A DNA stretch of 64,000 nt, taken from the NCBI RefSeq assembly GCF_009914755.1, contig NC_060947.1. The stretch is one strand, 5' to 3'. Numbering within the stretch: the stretch's first letter is position 1; each line of letters starts with the position of its first letter. Both the position numbers and the translations under genes were made by a program. Source of the stretch: the human T2T-CHM13v2.0 reference genome, Homo sapiens. The notes beneath the pieces were generated by a model that saw only the letters and a program-made list of their open reading frames with translations, was not told where the DNA came from and did no database searches. Below are positions 1 through 15,309 of this stretch, piece after piece.

Positions 1-629
1 CGCTGGGGCTGGCTTCTTTCAACTTTTAACTCTGTTGACTGCATATAACTTTTTCATATTTAAGAAATGTGTTGGTTGTTGAAGAAGACCAAGTCTGAAC
101 TCAAACTGGGTTCTTAGAAAGCTTTGAAAGGAAAACAGGGACAAATTAAGTGTCTGCCTCTGCCCAAAGGGGAAGTCCCTAAAAGAGAAAAGTTTAAAGA
201 CATCAAGAATAGTTCTGATGCTTGCCTAAAAGTTAAGTCTAGAAGTAGAGTAATAAGTAAAGTTTCTTGGAACCTTTTCAATCCAGCTAGAGAGATACAT
301 TATGACCACTGATAATGGTGTGCTTTCTACCTCTCAGTTTACCCTTTGTAAATAACTCAAATGGTTTGCTTTGAACTGGCATATTTATTTATTTTCCCTC
401 TGGGAAACCACCTCTACTCATATTCCCGAATAAACTGTTTTCCTATAATCAGCTATGTATGAAGGCTTTAGATATCAACAGAACTTTCCATAATATCTCT
501 TTTAAGGTGAAAGGTTCAGAATAAATCTACCTAAGATTAAATGCTCCTTAGGTGGAACCACTGAGCCTCATGCTACCTACATGCCTATGACAAACAAATT
601 TTTATTTCATATGCATACTCTGCTGAACA

Positions 630-1560
630 ATGACTTATATATCCAAATACCTACTAGAAATCTACTCCTGAAAATCCAGCAGACAATTCAACCACAACAT
701 TCAAAGCAAAAATAATGGTTTCTTGCCCAGCCCATTCTTCCCCATCTCAATTAATGTTTGCAACACACCCACTGTGACTCAAGCCAGATACCTAAGAGTC
801 ATTCTCTATTTCTCTCCAGCCCTTATACCCAACAGCCAATCTATCATCATTTCTTGTGAGTTCTACCTCTGCAGCTATTCTTCCAGTGCAAGCCTCCATC
901 ACCTCTCACCTAGAATGTTGTATTTGTTATATTTTAGGCCTCCTTTCTTTCTACTCTAGCTCTGTTTCTTTGGTCAACACAGCAAATGAATGATAATTAA
1001 AAGAAAATGAAAGGATCATATCACTTCCTTATTTAAAACTCTCTTTTAGCTTCTGTCTAAACATGGAAGGATCAAAATCCCTACTAATGCCCTGCAAATC
1101 CTGCATCTCCAATCTCAGTTTCTCACATCCCATCAATTTCCTGTTCACTCTGGCCACACAGTCTTTCCTCTTGTTTCAAATGGAAAATTGACATAGCCCA
1201 GGCTTAGGAGCTTTGCACTCACTGTTGCCTCTGCCTGGAAAACTCTGGCCTCTGAGAGTCACCTGTGTGGTTCCTTGATATCCAGGTCTCAGCTCAACTT
1301 TTACACTACTGTGAGAACATCCTTACCACCTTTTCTTAAGTAGCTCAGCAATGCCCCCAGGCAGGCACTCTCTGCATCCTTACCAACCTTCTATTTTCCA
1401 GGGGATTTTTTACTAAGTAAAAGTTTCTTGTTTATTTAGTTGTTTGGTTACTGTCCTTCTACTCTAATTATAATGTAAATTCCCTAAAGTCAAAGATTTT
1501 GCTTCTCTTCCGTTGTACTCTACTTGCCTTGGCACATGGCAGGAGCCCAATGTGTTTCAT
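630..1560 (+). mobile_element. LINE-2 (L2) 3' region, highly diverged
   Basis: L2-like motifs ttccccatctcaattaatg, ctcaagccagatacctaagagtcattc and ctttgcactcactgttgcctctgcctggaa. Boundaries approximate. Confidence 0.65.
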
Positions 1561-1809
1561 AAGGAAATTAAGATTCCTACCTGGTAAGGTTATTCTTTCA
1601 AGAAAAGGAGAATCCAAGTGACCTTTTTCCAAAGTGGTTGAGGTCCTTGGTATCTTGCTGACTTGGCAGAACTGTTCTGAGAGCCTCAGAAATTGAACCA
1701 CGTTATTTAAATTCAACTCTGAATGTAAAGAGTCACCAAGGGGCCACTAGGATGAATCCCAGCATCTCTCATTTCCTCAGGCCCCCTCATCCTTCTGTTT
1801 GTTAAATCA

Positions 1810-2223
<414 letters not shown>

Positions 2224-2247
2224 TTATTAAATCTCAGCGCCCCAAGC

Positions 2248-2590
2248 CAGTGGTTCTCAAAGTGTGGTCCCTGGGCCAGGAGCATCAACACAACTAAAGA
2301 ACTTTGTTAGAGACACAGATTATCGGGGGGCTCAGCCCTGACTTGGAGTATCAGAAACTTTAAACCTGTTTGAACAAGCTCTTGCTAAAATATGAGAACT
2401 ACCATGCTAAGACAACAGTGCCAACCTTGATTGCACCTTATGATTACCTGCCAAGCTTTTAAAATTTATCAGGCCTGAGCCCCTCTGCTACAAGTTCTTA
2501 GTCGGTCTGCCGTGAGTGAGATCTCTGTATTATTTAATTTCTACTAAGTGATGCTGATGGAGCTCCAAAGTTTAGAGTCATTGCCCCAGT
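2248..2590. mobile_element. Two adjacent MER5-family (hAT-Charlie) elements
   Basis: Begins cagtggttctcaaagtgtggtccc (MER5A terminus). A second MER5B-like unit starts at ~2410. Confidence 0.65.
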
Positions 2591-3879
2591 GTGGGAGCAG
2601 GGTAACTTCAGGTTTATCCAGGTACTTTGTAGATTTTCATCCTGAAAAGAAATATAATTTGGAATTCAAACATGGCTTGCCTCTCGGTTTTATAGTAGGA
2701 GAGAAGGGAAATGACTTGGCCTAAAACACAGCATATGGTTCTAAATGCTAGTGTTGTATAGCCTCATCCAAAGCATCAACTCATAGAGAAGTACATTAAA
2801 GCAGTGTAATGTTCAAAACCAAGTTCCATAGTAAGCATCTGCTATAATAGAATGACTTATTCCAGAAGGGAAGTTTCATTTCAGGAGAGCTTATCATGAC
2901 ATCAAATATGTTTTGAGTTAATGAAAATGCAGGAAGCACCAAGTTAATAGGGCAATTTTAAACCATAAAGCCTAATTTAACTGCGCTAAGAATGACAATA
3001 TAATGCTCTGCACAAAAGGAAGTTTCACAACCTGATTGATCAAATGGAGAATTACTAGGATGCTGGATCGCATCTTCCTTGAAGAAGCTAAGTTGACTAG
3101 GAGAGGCAGACTTCCTTAGAATGCAGTTATGTACTTCTTAATTAAACAAAGAATGATTAAAAAGAGATTTTGCTTTATAAGGCCACAGAACAGCTTGTTT
3201 GATAAAATTGTTATAAGCCTCCAGACTTTCATTTCTACTTTAATATTGATTCCATTTTCAGAAATAGTTAAGTAGAAGTTATTCAGGTTCTTCTTTATAT
3301 ATTTGCTTTTTTAGTTGTTGTTAGACGTAAGATAAATTTGAAATGTCAGGAAGGAGAATGTTTATTTTCACAATAAAAAGCTTACTCTGTGTAATATTGA
3401 AACTATCCATTCTGATATAAGATAATGTTTTATTTTGGCTGCTTAATTTCAAATTGAATTATTTAATAGAACAATTAAAAGTCAATACAAATGAAACAGC
3501 TACTTGTTTTTCTCAGTTTATGGATGTTTTATAAAGTGTAAAAGCAGCTGTTTCGTTATACTTTTCTTGAATTGAATAGCCATAAGAGCTTTCTTAAAAT
3601 CATATTTGATCCATAGCTCTTTCTTTTATAGCTTCTTCTATATAATTTACTTCTAAGTAACATTTCCTTTACATATAAAAATTGATTATTACTGTCTTGT
3701 GTTAAGAACTTTTCCTGGGTCTCCTTAATTCATCAGAATGCCAATATTACGATTAGCAAAACCAATTAGGCCATTTATCGCAGAGAATATTGGAAATGTG
3801 CTATATGCAAAGCATTGTTTTACAAGTAGTTCAACATTCTAATTTTGAAATTAGACTAAGAGCATAATACATTTAGAAA

Positions 3880-4066
3880 ATGTGGATAGTTAAGTTTAAA
3901 TTTAAAATAATAAAAAGTCAAGAATATTACAATTTTACTTCCTCAGTCACACTAGGCACATTTCCTAGACTCAATAGGTGCACGTGGCTAGTGGCTACCA
4001 TAGTGGACAGTGAAGATACAGAACATGACTATCATCACAGAAAGTTTTGTTGGGCAGGCAGTGCTG
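3880..4066 (-). mobile_element. MER3 (hAT-Charlie) DNA transposon fossil
   Basis: cctcagtcacactagg...cacgtggctagtggctaccatagtggacag...atcatcacagaaagtt matches the reverse of the MER3 consensus. Confidence 0.8.
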
Positions 4067-4799
4067 TATAGGCTAGTTAGTGAGGAAATACATTTTTAAA
4101 AAGCATTGTTCCCTGGGGCATTACAGGATAAATTTAAGAATTCTGTTTCATAAGGAAATATTATGCCACACATGGAGTCTTTCTTAAAATAACTGACCCT
4201 CTAGAAGAGGAGGCCTAAGTGTACAACCTGTTCATTTCCTATTGGAGTTGGTTGCCTGGAAATGTTGTACATCTCAGTTTCATAGCAAGGTCATAAATGT
4301 TTTGTAGGCCGTATCCTCTGTTCTATCTACTATCCCCACAGCACAAAGAAATAATTATGTGCATAGAGTGGACACCCAATGAATCTTTACTAAAAGCACC
4401 AAAGTAATATGAGGCAAGGAGATACTACACAGATTTCAACCTTTGAACTTGAACAGTAGTTTGTAACTCCTGGCCCAGTCTAGTACTAGATTGTAGGGTC
4501 CTGATGAACAACTGTAGGCCAGGATCTCCCTCTGTTTCAGGTGCCTTGTGGTAAAATCACATGACCACTGAACCCTCAACCACTCCCTGAACTAGATGCT
4601 ACCAACACCAACACAGAACCCCTTTCCCCATAATTCCTTCCTTATCCCTGGTCCAGGACCAGCCAACCTGAACATAGACTGACAAGCTTCTCATGATTCA
4701 ATTATCTAACTTAAGTTACCATATGACTTCCTTCAACAAAAGTTACCCATTTTAAAATCTCTGTTTCTTTCTGTATTATAGGAGACTCATATCCCAAAT

Positions 4800-4846
4800 A
4801 CACACACACACACACACACATGCAGACACACACACAAACACACACA
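4800..4846. repeat. (CA)n microsatellite, interrupted
   Basis: Directly visible. Confidence 0.95.
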
Positions 4847-4990
4847 TTTATATATATGCAGAAAAGCAATGATAAAATCTCTCCTGCCAAATTAGCAATA
4901 TAGTTTTGTTTCAAAATATTTATGCATAAATTTCATAAGGTATTCTGACTTTTAATTTGAAATTTAATTCAATAAAGATTACATTAGTCA

Positions 4991-5385
<395 letters not shown>

Positions 5386-6660
5386 ATCTTTTAATGTTAG
5401 TTTATAATTTAAAGACACAAAAACAGCTTCGTTTCTAGATTCAAGCAAGGCATGTATTTCCAAAATATCTCTTCATGATTGCCCCAAATACTGGATCTCC
5501 TTTCCTGTTGGACTGTATGTATCTAAAATGTACAGAGATTATTGAAAAATAAGTTAGGATAGGGACTATTAACACAATTTTGTTCTGAAAATCTTCCCTT
5601 AATACATCACATGGGTTTTTGAGGCAGATGTTTGGAGGGCATGATTTTTAGGGCAGAACCAGCACAAGTTGCAAGCAATGCCTGGACACCTGTTGAGCCC
5701 TTCTGTGCCATCTGCTTAAAGGGAAGTACACATAACCTTAAAATCGTTGCTGCTTTTGGAGGTCATTTTATCAGGATTGAGACTACATCCCCCACAACCC
5801 ACAGGACTTAAAAAGAGAGAGATTTATCTCAGAAGGGCATTGTCTCTAAGTGTGATCTTCATTTTTATGAGCTGAGCTTGAAGTCCCTGACATTTAGAAA
5901 TGATAGTGTGTTGATGTGAGGTTCTTTCGAATAATCCTTCTAAGTTTTATCAGCTTTGCAAAATGTTACTAAGTGCTAGCATTTAGTTTGTGAAATGTTT
6001 TAACTATTGAGAAGGTGATGTTGGTCAGTCCTTAACTAAGATCGATCAAAGTAAGTTCAGTAGGTGACTGTTTTACAAGTGGCATGGTGGTGGTGTTCCT
6101 CAAAGGTTTTGGAGAGATACAAAAGGACTCTCTAGTTGTGGTTTTAAGTTATATACTCAGTTTTATATCCTGTTAAAGTTTTTATACCATATTTTAAAAT
6201 TGCTGTTTGGAATTACAGGAAATGTTTAATTCACAAATCATTTATAGTTACAGGAAATATAATTCTATTATTGATATAATGAATTGAATGGTTTTTAATA
6301 CATCGTAGTTTTAAACCCTTAAATATTCACGAGTAATATTTGGGAACTTTAAGAATAGCATCCAAAAGGTCTACGTGTTCATGTGTATGTCTGTGTTTGA
6401 TTTGGTGGGGGCCATTGGCCAAAGTTTGATCCCACTCATTTGAACAGCTTGCTCAGTATGTGCATCATTGGGGAAAAAAATCGGCATGGAGCGTTCGGTA
6501 GCTAGCCTCTAGTAGAATTATCAGAGGAAAACTGTGATGGTGAAACTGAGAATTTGAAAAGCCAGATTGATGTTTTCCAAGCTTGATTTTTAGATGAGAA
6601 AGTAAAAGAGTATTTTGATTTAACATTTGAAATTATAATATTAGTAGCAATAAAATATAC

Positions 6661-6915
6661 CAGTGCTTCTCAAATTATCTGAGGTGGCAGACCAGGTTTT
6701 TAAAAATTTCATTTTGCTTTAATTTTCAATCTCTCAAGGACCAATACTTTGGTAAAATACCATAAATATCAATAACTAGAAACAACGATGTTACCAAAAA
6801 AAAGACATACAAAAATACAAGCCAGGGCTTTTAATATTTTTTTTCATTTAACAGATATTATCAAATTGCTGTGAAATTTACTAAATGTTCACTCTCAGTT
6901 TCTAATACTTTTATT
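6661..6915. mobile_element. hAT-Charlie fragment (Charlie4a-like)
   Basis: Starts cagtgcttctcaaatt (Charlie-type TIR). Internal ggaccaatactttggtaaaatac and aaagacatacaaaaatacaagcc resemble the recalled consensus. Confidence 0.5.
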
Positions 6916-7045
6916 GTAGAACAACAAAAGGAATTTGTTAACTGGCTGTGCTCTGTAGGCTTTTTAAGTAGAATTGCTCTATGTCACTGTGCATTAAATT
7001 TTGTGTTTGGATGTATCCTAAGCAAGCTATGAGGTCTCTGAGGAA

Positions 7046-7050
<5 letters not shown>

Positions 7051-7106
<56 letters not shown>

Positions 7107-7870
7107 TATATATATGTATACATGTATGTATATATATATGTGTATATACGTGTACATATGTATACATATATGTATATATGTATACATATATATGTGTATA
7201 TATGTGTACATATGTATACATATATGTATATATGTGTACATATATACATATATGTGTACATATATACATATATGTGTACATATATACATATATGTGTACA
7301 TATGTATGCATAGATGTATATATGTGTACATATATACATACATGTGTACATATATATGTATGCATATATACATATATGTGTACATATATATGTATGCATG
7401 TATACATATATGTGTATATGTATACATGTATACATATATGTATATATGTGTATACATGTATGCATATATGTATATATGTGTATACATGCATACACATATG
7501 CATACATATATGTATATATGTATACATGTATACACATATGTATATATGTATACATGTATACACATATGTATATATGTATACATGTATACACATATGTATA
7601 TATGTGTATATGTGTATATGTGTATATATGTATACATCTATGTATATATGTGTGTATATATGTATATATGTATACATATATGTATACATCTATGTATACA
7701 TATGTGTATATATGTATATATGTATATATGTATACATATATGTATATGTGTGTATATATGTATATATGTATACATATATGTATCCATATATGTGTGTGTA
7801 TATATACACGTGTGTATATATGTATATATGTGTATATATATACACGCGTGTATATATATACACACACACA
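7051..7870. repeat. Compound (TA)/(TG)/(CA) alternating purine-pyrimidine tract, ~820 bp
   Basis: Directly visible. Includes local 20-nt units such as tatgtgtacatatatacata around 7231-7290. Confidence 0.98.
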
Positions 7871-8575
7871 ATTTATGTGCATGAATTGTGTGTTTTTATT
7901 TTGATTATAACTTTTAAAAAGTCATACAAGTGTATTCTGCATCACTTGACTGACCAAAATGTACACTTGCATAACATAAGTGCTCAAGTTTGTGTTTATG
8001 TTTACAATGAAGTCAACAACAAGTAGCATTACTTTAAATGTCAGGGTCTGATAAATAAAGACCAGAGGAAGCTAAAGAAAGAACATGATACTTTGAACAA
8101 TCCTCTCTATTAAATGGGAAAATTGGGCTTTAGATCTGAGTGTTTTAATTTCTACTTTAATATGCTTGATTATAGTTTTAAGATGAATGCATACCAGAAA
8201 TGAATTGATTTATATAAATCTTTCATTTTAAAGCAGATTTTATCATTTTACAATGTGTGAGAAAAGAATAAAATCAGACCCTTGATTGACACTGTTCTTT
8301 CAATCAGTTTATGAAACATTTTCCTCTGTGTCTACCACTTTTATTTGCATAATTAAAAATTTTAATGCTAAATCAGAAACCAAAAATGGAATGTGCATAA
8401 AATCCCCTTGGACTATGAGTTTGGAGAGTTGGCATTTTTTCTGGCGTGATCTGCTATAGGCTTACTGTTACTTAGGGCCCGGAGAGGTGGGTCAGGGAAA
8501 ACATTAAATGTATTCAGGGTATGATCCATATTCTATTTTTAAGTTTTATGCTGTTTATTTTGAGGGAAGAGATAC

Positions 8576-8931
8576 TGATATAGTTTGGCTGTGTCCCCAC
8601 CCAAATCCCACCTTGAATTGTAATAATCCTCACCTGTCAAGGGTGGGGCCAGGTGGAGATAACTGAATCATGGGGGCAGTTTCCTCCATTCTGTTTTTGT
8701 GGTAGTGAGTAAGTCTCTTGAAATCTGATGATTTTATAAATGGGAGTTCCCCTGCACAAGTTCTCTTGCTTGCTGCCCTGTAAGACATACCCTTGCTCTT
8801 TTTCTGCCTTCCACCATGATTGTGAGGCCTCCTCAGCCATGTGGAAGTGTGAGTCCATTAAACCTCTTTCCTTTATAAATTACCCAGTCTTGTGTATGTC
8901 TTTATTAGCAGCATGAGAACAGACTAATACA
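8576..8931 (+). mobile_element. THE1 (THE1C-like) solo LTR, ERVL-MaLR
   Basis: TG...CA termini (tgatatagtttggctgtgtcccc ... agactaataca), ATTAAA poly(A) signal, perfect 5-bp TSD GATAC (8571-8575, 8932-8936). Confidence 0.95.
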
Positions 8932-9589
8932 GATACAAACATGTAAAGTGCAGAATAAGGTCCTATATGTCAATGGGCCAACTTGTGTGTTTTGTAATTA
9001 AATATACTAGTTTAGAGAAAAGGAAGCTCAAGCTCAACATGAACTGGATTCATCAGTGGTGGTCTCACCGAGGAACATGACCAAACTTCAGTATAAATTG
9101 TGTTTACATCTCTTCTTAAAAAAATAATTAAATACATGTTATTATTGTTTGAAAAGTTATTTAATACTGAGCATCTACACATTAATCATGATGAAAAAAT
9201 AATATTAAACTTTTGTATGTCCTGCTAGCTTAGGAAGAATGACACTGACAATTATTTCCCTTAACCATTGTGGTAAGCCAAGTATTAGTTCATAGCAAAT
9301 ATTTCATTTGTAGATTTCAGTTTTTTTCACTATTTCTACTTTTCATACAATATCATTCTTCAAATGATAAAATAGTACTTAGTGAAGGATTTGGGAGCAT
9401 GTTAAAGTTATTTAGCATTAATTGCAGCATTACACTGGGACACATGTACTTCTATTTCTGTAACATATCACTCATCATTTCACTCAGATAAAGGAAATAT
9501 TAAACATTTTATCAGATGGAGAATTCCTGGGGTCACACTGTAGCAGATGAGTTGGGATTGGTATACCTTCTCCAAGCTTCCTATTAGTT

Positions 9590-9632
9590 ACACACGCACA
9601 CACACACACACATGCACGCACACACACACACA
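9590..9632. repeat. (CA)n microsatellite
   Basis: Directly visible. Confidence 0.9.
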
Positions 9633-10961
9633 CTCCAGTTTGGAATCTGTCTAGCCAAGACCACAGTGCAAGATGTTAAAAGCACTCCACTTGCTTTGGG
9701 CATATGCCAGGCCTGAATGAGTCTCTTACCATTGGGAAAACGATCTATATTTAAATTTTTCTAGATACTATCTATTAAAATTATTCTATATTACCAAAGA
9801 ATGGAAATATTTTCCGGAAAGTTCAGAGTAGCAACATATTCCTTAAGCATGTTTCCACTTCAAAAGATAAAAAGTTTAGAAGACATCTCCATGTCCTCAA
9901 AAAGAAGTAAGAAAACATTATAATTATTGATTAAAAGCTGGGAGCCCTAGAAAGAAACCTTGGAGATGAATGACAAGGATACAAAAGGATTTGTCAAAAT
10001 GAGAAAAGAAGACAAGGAAACTCAAGTACAGCTAGCGATATAAAAGCTGCATTGAAGTCTATTATAGTCTTATATGACAGAAAAAGGTGAAGAAAATTGT
10101 ATATAAGTAAGGAAGAAATGTTTATAGATGAAAAATTATATATATATAAAATCTATAGATTATATATAATATATACAGGAAGAGAGAGAGAGAGGGATGG
10201 AGGCAGGGAGGGAGGGAGAGAAATAGAGAATGAGAATGTGATGAAGGGCAGAGAATAGGGATCAGAAATATAGCTGATTCAGTTGAAGGAACCAGAAAAT
10301 GGGAGGGGGCAATATATTTGAATAAAATAATTACAAATATGTAATAAGGATAAAAACATAAGTCTTTTTCTGTTGCTCTTGCTCTATGTACATGTGAGCA
10401 CACGGGCACACGTGCGTGCACGCGTGCACACACACACACTTAGAAAGTTGAAGGCTTTGTAGTTAAGTAGGGAATTTGTAGTATGTAGGGAATTTCAACC
10501 TTGATTCAGAGTGACAGGCAAAGATTTCAAATGGAGGTATATGTGTATTCTTCAATGGGAGGATAAATTGAAAACATAAGTAAGGCATAAAATGTATCTA
10601 AAAAATTTTAACCTTACTAAATTCCAATGAAATCCAATTATGATTTTCTTCCTAAACTTGACAAAGTTATTCTAAAGTGCATCTGAAAAATATAGCAAAG
10701 AATATGATTATAATTTTAAAGTAATATAGGAGGACTTGCCATACCAGATAATATTGTCATGGGTCAATCATAGTCTTTAAAACAATATAGTACTAACTTC
10801 AGGTGAGCAGACAAGCCAAGGGACATAACAGATGGCCCTGAAATTGACTTTATCATATAAAAAGACTAGTATTTAATTTTTTAAAGTATCATTAACCAGT
10901 AGGGAAATAACCATCTAAAGAATATATATCTATTAGCCATTTACATATATAACCAATTAAA

Positions 10962-11316
10962 TATATAGGTTTGACTATGTGTCTCCACTCAAATTTCATG
11001 AGGAGTCGTAATCTCCAGTGTTGGAGGTGGGGACTGGTGGGAGGTGATTGGATCGTGGGGGTGGAGTTCTCACAAGATCTGGTTGTTTACAAGTGTGTGG
11101 CACCTCCTCCTGCACTTACTCTTCCTCCTGCTCTGACCATGTAAGATGTGCCTGCTTCCCCTTTGCCTTCTGCCATGATAGAAAGTTTCCTGAGGCCTCC
11201 CCAGAAGCAGTCATGCATACTGTATAGCCTTCAGGACCGTGAGCCAATTAAACCTCTTTACTTTATAAATTACCCAGTCTCCGGTATTTATAGCAGTGCA
11301 AGAATGGCCTAATACA
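10962..11316 (+). mobile_element. MSTA solo LTR (ERVL-MaLR) with internal deletion
   Basis: ttggaggtggggactggtgggaggtgattggatc...gaggcctccccagaagc...attaaacctc...cctaataca. Confidence 0.9.
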
Positions 11317-11512
11317 ATATGTAACTATTTAAATATATACAAAATCATTCAAATATGTATAGAACCATTTAAATACATATATTAAATTATATATATATAA
11401 TTTTTCAATTTCACGTAATCTAGAGAGTTTATATTAAAATTGAAACATGACAAATGAGAAAGCTATTGGTTAATAAATCTCTAGATAAAGCAGAACTTTT
11501 CAAGAATTTTTA

Positions 11513-11893
<381 letters not shown>

Positions 11894-13257
11894 TTAAATA
11901 GAAAACATTTTTAACAACAGCAAAATAAATAAGATAAAAAGATTATTGGCTAATTAGGTAAAATACCTTCAACAGGTGTGATGCAATTTGATTTCTGATA
12001 CATGAATTCTTCAAGTCAGTTTTTATAAAGTAGCAAAGCGCATGATTATGCAATTAAATAAATAATAAGAACACATAAAATAGCAAAGAAACATATGAAA
12101 ACATACTGAACATCATGAGTAATTGGTAATCAAAGAAATGCTAAAGTAATAAGATACAATCTTTCACCTGATAATTTTGTCAAAAATATTAGGTAAAATA
12201 GTCACCCTCATACACTGCTAGTCAGAATAAACTGTTTTTGCAGGACAGTTTGGTAATAGCTATAGGGAATCTTAGGTTTAATAATTTGTAATCTTGATCT
12301 AACAACTCAAATTCTGGGAGTACATCCTTAAGAAAATAATTAGACTTTTACAAAGATTTATATAACAAGAGGTTTATCACTTTGATATTTATAGTAGCAA
12401 AAAAATTAATTTACCAAAATCATAAACAGTAAAGTAGTTATCTATGACCATTCAATGAAAAACTGGCAACCCTTAAAAATATGCTTAATGGTAATTTTTT
12501 TTAAGTAAGTGAACTAATCCTGTTTTTTGGATTTGGATTGTCTTTTAAATAAGGTCTTACATATAATCTTAATCTAACACATCTAACCACATTGTATTAA
12601 AGTAAATGTTTCCAATAATACCAATGTTTTAAAATTTATAGAGTTGCAATAAGGTTCAGTATGTTTGTTATTAATTTCCATCACCGCTCCATGTGTGCTT
12701 GGAAAGGTTTTGTATTCTGAAATTGTTGGGTACATAAGATCAAGTTTCTTCATTGTGTTTCTCAAATCTTATGTATGGTACTTATTAATTTTAATTTTTT
12801 GCCTGTTTTATCTATCAGTTTGTAAGAAGAGTGTTGAAAAGCTACAACTAAGGTGGTTTATTTGTATATTTCTCTTCATATTCTGTCAAATATTAATTTA
12901 TACATTTTAACATATATATTATGTTCTTAAGTGAATGATTACATTTTCTTGGAATATATCTTCAGTACACCTTTCTGGTAAAGTGAAACTCTTACAATTA
13001 TGTGGTGACTCTCTATCTCCAATACTACTCAGTCTTTAAAGTCTATTTCATGTTTTATTAATATGGTTAAACCAGCTTTGTTTGTATTTTCTATATATAA
13101 ATATTTTTATATGCCAGCCTGTATAGTTTTAATTGAGGTGTGCCTCTTATAAATCCATTTAACTGGATTTGATATTTGCTTTGTTCCTGTATGACAGTCT
13201 TTGCTTTTCAACTGGAACTTTTAGTTAATTTTTAATTGTAATGACTAGTGTCTGTAA

Positions 13258-13603
<346 letters not shown>

Positions 13604-14366
13604 GAGTTTGAACGTTTTTATACTTGATCTCTATTCTTTTCATGATCCTGCAGAAAATTTGCACATATGCTTAACTTACGAAATCTACTTTTAGCTATAT
13701 CTTTACTCGCCTTCAGAACAATGTAAGTACGTAGGAGACTTTATTCCTGTTTCTCTGTATTTTAGTCATCTTTTTTTTTCTAATTCACAAACGGGACGTT
13801 ATCATCATTTCTTTATGCAGTCAATATTTGTTTAATGTAAGCCCCATGAAGGCAAGAAGTTTTTATTGTGGTGGTTGTTCAATGTTATACTCCAAACACA
13901 TAAAACAGATCCTACACATAGTTATTATGCCTAGATAATTATTAAATAGGTTGATTAAATATACCCAAGTCGTTAACTTTTTTTTTTTTTTTTGCTCATC
14001 ATACCTTCCTGCATCCCTCTGTGTTAGTTTTCCTTCTGCCTAAAAAGTAATTGTTTATAATTTCCTTCAGTAAGGGTGTGTTGGTACCAAATACTCTCTG
14101 TTTATTTGTTGCCTGAAATGTTCATATTTTGCTTTCATTCTTGAATAATACTTTGATGGTTATTTAGTTCTAAATTTTTTTAAGCAGAGTGTAGTATTAT
14201 TCCACAGATCTTTACATTCATTGCTGCCTGTAAGAATTTGGTTGTTAGTTTTATTGTTATGCTCTTGAAGGTACTCTGTCTTTTCTCTCTTATTTTAAAA
14301 GTTTTCTCTTTGTGTTTAATTACATATGATTTCACTATACATACATAGCAGCACATTTCCTTTTAT

Positions 14367-14688
14367 GTATTATTTATTTATTTATTTTTATTTTATTTTA
14401 TTTCATTTTGAGACAGTGTCTCCCTCTGTCACCCAGGCTGGAGTGCAGTGGGGAGATCTCAGCTCACTGCACCCTCCACCTCCCAGGTTCAAGCAATTCT
14501 CTGCCTCAGCCTCCCGAGTAGCTGGGATTACAGGTGTCCACCACCACGCCTGGTTAATTTTTTGTATTTTTAGTAGAGACGGGGTTTCACCATGTTGGCC
14601 AGGCTGGTCTCGAACTCCTGACCTCGTGATCCATCACCTCGGCCTCCCAAAGTGCTGGGATTACAGGGGTGAGCCACCGTACCCAGCC
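14367..14688 (-). mobile_element. AluS (Sg-like)
   Basis: Antisense dimer with (TTTA)n tail. Perfect 15-bp TSD cacatttccttttat (14352-14366, 14689-14703). Confidence 0.97.
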
Positions 14689-15309
14689 CACATTTCCTTT
14701 TATTTATCCTTTTTCAGATTCATTAGTGTTCATGAATCTGGAAATGTCTTTCACTAGTTCTGGAAAATTCTTGCCTATTATTGTTTCCAATATTATGTCA
14801 GCCTCATTCTCTTTCTCCTCTTCTCATGGAATTCCACTTAGAAATAAGATATATTTTCTTATTCTATCCTCCATATCTCCAACCCTAGTCTATATTTTCC
14901 TTCTCTTTGATTTGTTCCTGCATTGTGGACCATATCTTTAGATCACTGATTGTTTCTTAGGTGTTTCTAATCAGCTGTTAAAATAGCCATTTGTTCTTAT
15001 ATTCAATAATTATATTTTTCTTTCTAAGACTTATAGAGTTTTTTATTTCCAAGTCTGCTTAACAATTTTACATAGTCTTTTGTTTCTTAGTCACATAATA
15101 AACCCCTTCTTTTACTTCTTAAAAATAAAAGGTACTTTTAAAACATGCTTACTTTATAATTAATTTCGAATGATTTAAATATCCCAAGACTTTGTTAGAA
15201 TCTGCTGTCTATATTCTCTACTTGTTCCCACTCCTGCTTGTTTGCTTCCTTCCTTCCCTCCTTTCTCCTTTCTCTCTTTCTTTGTAGTATGCTGCACAGT
15301 TAGGAAATA

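Noticed and set aside
7200-7600. Regularly recurring ~20-nt units suggestive of a CRISPR-like array
   Set aside because: No unique spacers, no cas genes, eukaryotic context. It is a simple compound repeat.
6938-8026. Overlapping long ORFs up to 316 aa on both strands
   Set aside because: Artefact of alternating purine-pyrimidine sequence, which cannot contain stop codons. Peptides are low-complexity Y/I/C/V/H/T/M.
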